Of a stretch of 64,000 nt of DNA, positions 57,706 through 64,000 are shown piece by piece. The DNA is taken from NCBI GenBank assembly GCA_030156615.1, contig JASGME010000004.1, positions 2,546 through 66,545 of the forward strand, read 5' to 3'. Numbering within the stretch: the stretch's first letter is position 1; the number at the start of each line of letters is the position of its first letter. A model generated the notes under the pieces. The model was not told the DNA's origin and made no database searches. It saw nothing but the letters and a program-made list of their open reading frames with translations. The stretch comes from Candidatus Woesearchaeota archaeon. GTDB taxonomy: Archaea; Nanobdellota; Nanobdellia; Woesearchaeales; UBA119. The position numbers and the translations under genes were made by a program.

Positions 57706-59051
57706 ACATATTAGTATTGAATCTTCCATTTCCTAGAAAGATTATAAGGCGATATAGTTGTTCTTATTACTCTAATGGTTTTTTATATCTGCCTCAGGAA
57801 CTTTTAAGGCTTGCAACAATAATAAAACAAAATAATACAGGCAATACTTTCTTTATAGACGCAATTGCAGAGAATAGATCTGTTAAGGATATAATTAAAT
57901 TTGTAAAAAACAATCATATAGAAATTATTTTTACATTGCTCTCGCTTGATTTCATAGATAATGATTTAAAAATAGTAAATAAAATAAAACAATCAACATC
58001 AGTTCCTATCGTTTCAATAAGCTATTTGGCATCTTTATTTAGAAATCAATTCCAGCATTTAGATGTAGTTCTTGATAAATTCTTTGAGCAAAAGACCTAT
58101 TTTGCATTAAAGAATTCTTCATCTATTGATGATTTGATTAATTCATTAAAAGAAACAGAAGGAAAAACCTTTGATTTCAATCCAAATTTAATTAATCAAG
58201 TTGATAGAAGTTTTATAAATCCCAAGAATTATCAGGAAGTCTTCTGTAGAGGTAAAACTGCTTTTCTTTATTTCGGATTTGGCTGTCCTTATAAATGCAA
58301 CTATTGCATCTCTTCATATGATTATAAAAATTATACCTTGAGAAAAAAGGAATTTATTTTTGATGAATTAGAACAACTTTACAAAGAAGGATATAAAAAC
58401 ATAAGGGTGTTAGATGATAATTCAACAATTAATAAAGAATTCCTAAAAGAATTAGATATTTTTCTAAAAGAGAAAAAGATTTTTCTAAATTTTTATGGCC
58501 TATCAAGAATATCTCTCATTGATAAAGAAATGGTTGAAATTCTTAAAGATGTCGGCTTTAAGAGAATATATTTAGGGTTAGAAACGCTTAACCAAAAAAT
58601 GCAAGAATATTACGAAAAAAACATAGAAGTTAATTTAACTATTCTAAGAGAAAAAATAAGACTTTTAAAATCCAATGGAATTGAAACAGGCCTATGGATG
58701 CTTTTCCATCCATTAAAGCAGACAAAAAATGAATTGTATTCATCGATAAAAGAATTATCTTATTTAAAAGCAGATCTCGTTAATCTTAGCATTCTTGTGC
58801 CTTATCCAGGGACAAAATTATTTGATCTTGAAAAAGAAAACATTAATTACTCTTTAAATCCATTCATATCAGAATTCAAAACGAATTACAATTGTGATAA
58901 AATAGAGAGGATGTTCTATGTTCGTTATTATTTAAGACCTTTAAATGCCTTAAGAATAATGAAATTTGTTTTAAAATATCCTATAAAAAGTATTAATCTC
59001 TTTTTTTCATTATTTAAAAATCCAATAGATCCAAGAAAAGATTTTATATGA
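57702..59051 (+). CDS. B12-binding-domain radical SAM enzyme (class B)
   Basis: CPYKCNYC (Cx3Cx2C) after an N-terminal Rossmann-like B12-binding region; start overlaps the degT stop (ATGA). Confidence 0.7.
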   Translation: MNILVLNLPFPRKIIRRYSCSYYSNGFLYLPQELLRLATIIKQNNTGNTFFIDAIAENRSVKDIIKFVKNNHIEIIFTLLSLDFIDNDLKIVNKIKQSTSVPIVSISYLASLFRNQFQHLDVVLDKFFEQKTYFALKNSSSIDDLINSLKETEGKTFDFNPNLINQVDRSFINPKNYQEVFCRGKTAFLYFGFGCPYKCNYCISSYDYKNYTLRKKEFIFDELEQLYKEGYKNIRVLDDNSTINKEFLKELDIFLKEKKIFLNFYGLSRISLIDKEMVEILKDVGFKRIYLGLETLNQKMQEYYEKNIEVNLTILREKIRLLKSNGIETGLWMLFHPLKQTKNELYSSIKELSYLKADLVNLSILVPYPGTKLFDLEKENINYSLNPFISEFKTNYNCDKIERMFYVRYYLRPLNALRIMKFVLKYPIKSINLFFSLFKNPIDPRKDFI

Positions 59052-59061
59052 GTGAATTAAA

Positions 59062-60714
59062 ATGGAATTTGGACCAATTTATAACTTTCTTTCAACAAAA
59101 ATCTGGCCAATTTTCTTTGAATATGGAAAATTCTTTGCTTATCTTACACTTATTCTTACGATAATCTCAATTATATTGTCTATCTTAGTAATAAAAGAAA
59201 GATTCATTAATTCAAATAAATCAAAGAGAAGAAAAGACAACAAATCCTATTTCATGATTCTTTCCCTACTTTTAATAATCTCCTCTTTTGTTTATTGGTC
59301 AGTCGCATCTGAGAGAGTCTTTTTTTCATATGATGAGACTGATTTGAAGTTTTATATCGCTTCAATTAGACTTGCTCAAGAAGGAGAGTTTCGTCCATCT
59401 GGAACCCCCTTAGGGGGTTTTTCTTACATTTTGATCTTTCTCTTTAGAATTTTTCCATCATTGACAGATCCTTTTAACCTTTTCTACTTTATAATTTGGA
59501 TGAACTATTTTGTTCTACTTTTCATGATTTTTTTGATTTTTGACATGTTTTATTTAAAATCAAAAAACAAGTTAATTCCGATTTTTCTTACTTTGACTAT
59601 TCTATTTTATACACCCCTAATTGAGAGTATTTGGTATTACAAGCTTTATTATACAATTTGTCTCGCTGGACTTTTCTTTACATATTATGTATTCATCAGA
59701 ATGAACGATTTACAAAAGAATAATAAACTAACTAAGTTAGGAAAATTTTACTATCCGCTGCTGATTTTAATCCTTCTTTTCTTAACTAGTCATAGCCGTC
59801 CAGAATTATTAATTCTCTCTTTTCCAATACTTATTTATTCTATCCCTTTTCTCATTAAAGAATTTAAAAGTTGCAGATGGCAAGGAAGATTATATTATAT
59901 TATTTTAATATCTTTTTTTATCTTGATTCATATAGATGTTCTTTCATGGTATATTTTATCAAATAGCCAAAGATTGAATGATGGAACACTTCAATTCAAC
60001 AGGCCTGTAATAAGCAGAGATATTATGAATGTCTTTGAATGGCTTTCATACTCCTTCATATTTGTTTTACTTTTTTCTAAGAAAACAGCAATATTTGGTC
60101 TCTTGTACATCCCTTTTTTCACTTATATTAGATTCTCTCTTATGTGGGATTGGCTTCTTTATCCAACATATTTTGTCTTTGCATTATTTTTAATTCTTTA
60201 TAATTTTCCAATATTTACTAACAAAAAGACAACATCTTTAGCAATATCAATAGTTTTATTCCTTTCAATGTTTGCATTATCCCCCTTTTATCCTTTTGAA
60301 AGAAATTTGTTCTATTATCCTCTTCAATATTCTGAAAAAGATGATGATGGCTCTCAGATTTTGTATTTAAAGGAATATTTAAAGGATAAAGAATATATAA
60401 TTTATGAATCTTGGCCAGATATCTTTTCGACTTACATCTTTTCAGATTCTCCTTCTGAATTCAAGGAATTCCGTAAAGAATTAAGTAGCAATATGAGCAT
60501 TTTTTTTAGAGATGGATATCATCTCAATCTATCTTCTTCATTTTTTTTAGAACAAGAAAAGCCTGTTTTATTCGCTTATAATCGAGATATAACGGATTAT
60601 ACGCTCTATCTCAACGATTCAAATGTAACTTTTAGCAAACTTATAGATAAACCATTTGCTTACAATCTATATGAGCTTCATTTTCACTTTTATGATGAAA
60701 ATATTACAAAATAA
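59062..60714 (+). CDS. polytopic membrane protein, putative GT-C-type glycosyltransferase
   Basis: At least 11 TM helices with an aromatic-rich C-terminal soluble domain; sits in a sugar-modification cluster. Confidence 0.35.
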   Translation: MEFGPIYNFLSTKIWPIFFEYGKFFAYLTLILTIISIILSILVIKERFINSNKSKRRKDNKSYFMILSLLLIISSFVYWSVASERVFFSYDETDLKFYIASIRLAQEGEFRPSGTPLGGFSYILIFLFRIFPSLTDPFNLFYFIIWMNYFVLLFMIFLIFDMFYLKSKNKLIPIFLTLTILFYTPLIESIWYYKLYYTICLAGLFFTYYVFIRMNDLQKNNKLTKLGKFYYPLLILILLFLTSHSRPELLILSFPILIYSIPFLIKEFKSCRWQGRLYYIILISFFILIHIDVLSWYILSNSQRLNDGTLQFNRPVISRDIMNVFEWLSYSFIFVLLFSKKTAIFGLLYIPFFTYIRFSLMWDWLLYPTYFVFALFLILYNFPIFTNKKTTSLAISIVLFLSMFALSPFYPFERNLFYYPLQYSEKDDDGSQILYLKEYLKDKEYIIYESWPDIFSTYIFSDSPSEFKEFRKELSSNMSIFFRDGYHLNLSSSFFLEQEKPVLFAYNRDITDYTLYLNDSNVTFSKLIDKPFAYNLYELHFHFYDENITK

Positions 60715-60753
60715 AATTATGAATTCCTTAAATTATATTCATTATTTAGCAAA

Positions 60754-62490
60754 TTAGACTAAGACTTCCTTCATATAAAATACATCAAATACTTCATTCT
60801 CATAGATTTTTTCTCCATTGTTTCTCTCTATAAGCCAATTCTCTAATGTAGATAGAAATTCTTTCTGCTTTGAAGGGACATCTTCCCCTATTCTTTTTTT
60901 TCTCAACCAGCATATATTATTGTATTGCTCTAAAACCTCCTTTGCTTCTTCTTGATCTGATATTGTGAAGGAAAGTGGTAAAATGCTAACATTAGTTTCA
61001 GCAATAAGAGAATGAATCCCTCCTGTAGAGTAGAAAAGAACAAAAGAATCATCTGGACATTCTTTTGCCGCATCCTCGATTAATTCTCCATTTCCCTCCT
61101 GATGTTGAATCTGAAAAAGAAAGAAAATTGTTGCAATGCAAAGTAATAAAGAAATTACAGTTTTAATTATTTTAATATATCCTTTACTATTTAAGCTAAA
61201 AAAATCGACCCAAACAATCCCAATAGGAATAAAAAAGAAACTTAATGAAGTTATAATAAATCTGAAGTCAATATTCAATGGCTCCAAAAAAGAATATGTT
61301 ATGAAAATCTGGAATGAAACTAAAATAAGAGCTATCGAAATGAAGAAAGAATCTCTATTTTTCATTTTTCTTCTTTTTGCATTGGAAAAATAAAGAAATG
61401 TTTCATATATCAAAAATCCTAATCCTCCAAAAACAACTAGCTTAAATATAATATTTGAATTTAAGAGAGTCTTAAACAATTCAGGAATCCAGAAATTACT
61501 CAATCTATAGCCATATTGAGATATAGAATAATGATTATCGTGATATCCATTCAATAAAAAGAATATTATTCCGCCAAAATAAAGTGCATAAAAAACAAAT
61601 TTTCGTATATAATCTTTATTCTTGAATAAACGATTTACGATGAAATCAGCAACAAATAAACTTAAAAGCATAACAGGAAAGAAATTGATACCTATCATTC
61701 CTTTTGTTCTTATGTTCGAAAAACTGAAAAGGATTAAAAGAAAAAAAGCTGAAATCGCCCCATTCAAAAGATAATCTCTTAATGAAATTTTAATCTTGTT
61801 TTTGCTCAGATAAATGCTTATAAGAAGTGGAACAACGAAAATTAATTCTATCCTCGTGAATATAAGAAGCCATGAAAGAAGGACTAGAAACAAAGGTAAT
61901 TTTTTACTCTTCTCTTTATCATCTTCTTTTGATTCAACTATATAGAGCAACAATCCGAAAGATAGGAAAAAAAGCAAATTTTCCGCAAAATATTCAAGGA
62001 TATAAACATTCTTAAATGGAATTAGGTAATAAAGCAAAGAAAAAGTAAAACAAAGTATTCTATTTTTAGAGAATTGTCTTAAGATCAGATATATAAAAAG
62101 TGTGGTAAATATGTTTAAGATATTTACAAGAATTCTTTCTCCCAATTCATCACCAAATATCTCTCTTGCACCTATGAGAAACAAAGGATAGGTTAATTCA
62201 TGATCTCCCAAAAACATTTCGTTTTCACAAATTCCACCACTTCGTTCAATTCCTTCCTCCCCTTCGATGATGCAGCTAGCTTGAGAAGCATGAGCATAAT
62301 ACTCCGAATCAATATTAACAGTATTATATGTCCAAGGAAACCAAATTGTTTGAATAACAACAAGCAAAGAAATAAAGATAAGATCCATAGAATCTGTTTT
62401 TCTCTTCTTACGAATGATTTCATAAACTAAAGTACATCCTACTGAAACTATCAGCAAAATATAAAACCACACAAAAAAAATAAATGTCAT
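60754..62490 (-). CDS. polytopic membrane protein with C-terminal soluble domain, putative GT-C-type glycosyltransferase
   Basis: At least 11 TM helices plus a roughly 120-aa C-terminal domain. Confidence 0.35.
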   Translation of the reverse strand: MTFIFFVWFYILLIVSVGCTLVYEIIRKKRKTDSMDLIFISLLVVIQTIWFPWTYNTVNIDSEYYAHASQASCIIEGEEGIERSGGICENEMFLGDHELTYPLFLIGAREIFGDELGERILVNILNIFTTLFIYLILRQFSKNRILCFTFSLLYYLIPFKNVYILEYFAENLLFFLSFGLLLYIVESKEDDKEKSKKLPLFLVLLSWLLIFTRIELIFVVPLLISIYLSKNKIKISLRDYLLNGAISAFFLLILFSFSNIRTKGMIGINFFPVMLLSLFVADFIVNRLFKNKDYIRKFVFYALYFGGIIFFLLNGYHDNHYSISQYGYRLSNFWIPELFKTLLNSNIIFKLVVFGGLGFLIYETFLYFSNAKRRKMKNRDSFFISIALILVSFQIFITYSFLEPLNIDFRFIITSLSFFFIPIGIVWVDFFSLNSKGYIKIIKTVISLLLCIATIFFLFQIQHQEGNGELIEDAAKECPDDSFVLFYSTGGIHSLIAETNVSILPLSFTISDQEEAKEVLEQYNNICWLRKKRIGEDVPSKQKEFLSTLENWLIERNNGEKIYENEVFDVFYMKEVLV

Positions 62491-62515
62491 TTTGTCGTTT
62501 TTTTCTTATAACTTC

Positions 62516-63961
62516 TTATTCATATATATAATCATATCCATAAATATGAAAATAGGTTAAGAGATATTTGAAACTCAAACCTTTTTTAATGCCCATAAAA
62601 ACATATTTGAACAGTCTTCCGAAATATTTGAAATTATCTCTCAATATTCTCTTTCTGAGATGTGGCAGGAAGGTTTTCATATATGCTTTTATCTGGTATC
62701 TTTCAACCTCCTTTGCAGAAAGATTTTTATTATTCACTACAGCATCAAAAGTTATGTTATCAGCCTTATTTGCTCTATTGAAATCTATCGTGCCTCCATA
62801 TCTTTTTACCAATTCTTCTGATTCTTTCGTAAAAGGTTTAAATATAAAGAAAGCGCTACGCTCAGCATCAATTTTTCCAGCCATCTCAATTGTCTTATTT
62901 ATAGTTTCCTTTGATTCCGCAGGAGCTCCTAATATATAATAAGCTGTCATTTTTATTCCATATTTCTTCAACAATCCAACAACTTCCCAAATTTTCTCCT
63001 CAGGAAGCCCCTTTCTCATCACCTTATTCCTTATAAATTTATCACCACTTTCAATTCCTATTCTAACCATGTTGCATCCTGATGAAGCGAGCATTCTTAT
63101 TTTTTCCTCATCAAGATTATCTACCCTCGAAAATATTGAATACTTGCTATTTTTCGGATCAACAAGTCTTTTGTATTCTTCGGTAAATTCCTTCAGCCAT
63201 TCTTTGTTAAGTGCAGGGATCTGATCAAAGAGTTGCATTAATCTTAATCCTCTTTTTCTATACTTTTGCCAATCGTATGCAAGCTCTTCTGCATATCTCT
63301 TGGGCGACATTACTCTATAATAATTTCCCAAAACACAATTCCTAAGTTCTTTTGCCTCGCAGAATGAGCAATTATATATACAACCTCTGGTGCCAATCTG
63401 GTAAAGCATTCCCAAAAAATAAAGGTAATCATCTAAGTGTTCCCATAAATCCCAGTCCAGATATGGTAATTCATCAAGTTTAGAATAAAAAGATCCTGGA
63501 TTTGAGATTAAATGGTCTTTATTGTAATACCAAAGACCTTTTATTTTATCTAATTCTAATCCTTTTTCCTGTTTGTTCAAGAAATCTATAAGGCTATCTT
63601 CTGCATCGCCAACAAAAACAAAATCAACATATGGCAATTCTACCAGCTCTTCTGGGTGCGTTGAAGCATGATATCCTCCATAAATAATCTTTATTTTGCT
63701 ATCTATTCTTTTAACTTCCTGAGAAATCATTTTAATATGATTTAAATAAAGGCTATTAACCGAGAAACCGATAAAATCAGGTTTCTCTCGTTTTATATGC
63801 TCATTAAGCTTTTTTCTCCAATCTCTGCGGTGAAATGTGAAGTCTAAAATATCTGCTTTATGATTACTCCATTCATTAACACAACTAGCCAAAACAGTAA
63901 TTGCAATATCAAGGGCACTATAATCCCCACCTAATGTAGGATTGATAAAACTAATTTTCAT
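62516..63961 (-). CDS. B12-binding-domain radical SAM enzyme (class B), second copy
   Basis: CIYNCSFC Cx3Cx2C motif; N-terminal B12-binding-like domain. Confidence 0.7.
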   Translation of the reverse strand: MKISFINPTLGGDYSALDIAITVLASCVNEWSNHKADILDFTFHRRDWRKKLNEHIKREKPDFIGFSVNSLYLNHIKMISQEVKRIDSKIKIIYGGYHASTHPEELVELPYVDFVFVGDAEDSLIDFLNKQEKGLELDKIKGLWYYNKDHLISNPGSFYSKLDELPYLDWDLWEHLDDYLYFLGMLYQIGTRGCIYNCSFCEAKELRNCVLGNYYRVMSPKRYAEELAYDWQKYRKRGLRLMQLFDQIPALNKEWLKEFTEEYKRLVDPKNSKYSIFSRVDNLDEEKIRMLASSGCNMVRIGIESGDKFIRNKVMRKGLPEEKIWEVVGLLKKYGIKMTAYYILGAPAESKETINKTIEMAGKIDAERSAFFIFKPFTKESEELVKRYGGTIDFNRANKADNITFDAVVNNKNLSAKEVERYQIKAYMKTFLPHLRKRILRDNFKYFGRLFKYVFMGIKKGLSFKYLLTYFHIYGYDYIYE

Positions 63962-64000
63962 TATTCTTTAAAAAAACGAAAGTTTTATATTAATGTTTCT

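Overview
AT-rich, gene-dense archaeal chromosomal segment. It shows archaeal-type tRNA introns, thermosome, FtsZ, SecDF, KEOPS Bud32, TYW3, an L21e-RpoF-DUF655 cluster and HMf-like histone, so it is probably from a small-genome (DPANN-like) archaeon. I read about 70 supportable features. Housekeeping content: four aminoacyl-tRNA synthetases (trpS, gltX, argS, hisS); five tRNAs, all on the minus strand, one (CAU anticodon) carrying a 48-nt intron; thermosome, ftsZ, secDF, LemA-HtpX, DtdA, endonuclease III and an MtaB-like methylthiotransferase. Accessory or surface content: a Tad/archaeal type-IV-pilus-like operon (ATPase plus split platform protein) headed by a 646-aa coiled-coil protein with a novel LPxGFL repeat; a 735-aa Cys-rich multi-repeat secreted protein; and a glycan-modification cluster (DegT aminotransferase, two B12-binding radical-SAM enzymes, two GT-C-like polytopic membrane proteins). 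I found no CRISPR array, no transposase or integrase and no rRNA. The most striking non-coding signal is a 317-bp intergenic region (18588-18904). It holds two copies of a 23-nt element, TTCCACTGGAAACAAAGGGGTGT, which closely matches the archaeal Origin Recognition Box (ORB: inverted-repeat core, GAAAC, then a G-string), flanked by about eight AGTCTCA heptamers. This is a candidate replication origin, or a previously undescribed operator system, next to a small coiled-coil/winged-helix protein rather than orc1/cdc6. Other notable items: an intron-containing tRNA(CAU); a tandem-duplicated thymidine-kinase fusion next to a standalone Cas4-like Fe-S PD-(D/E)XK nuclease; a histone / retropepsin-like (DUF785) / RimK-like gene string; an H1-like lysine-rich protein; a duplicated gene-end/terminator repeat at nth; and several orphan proteins.
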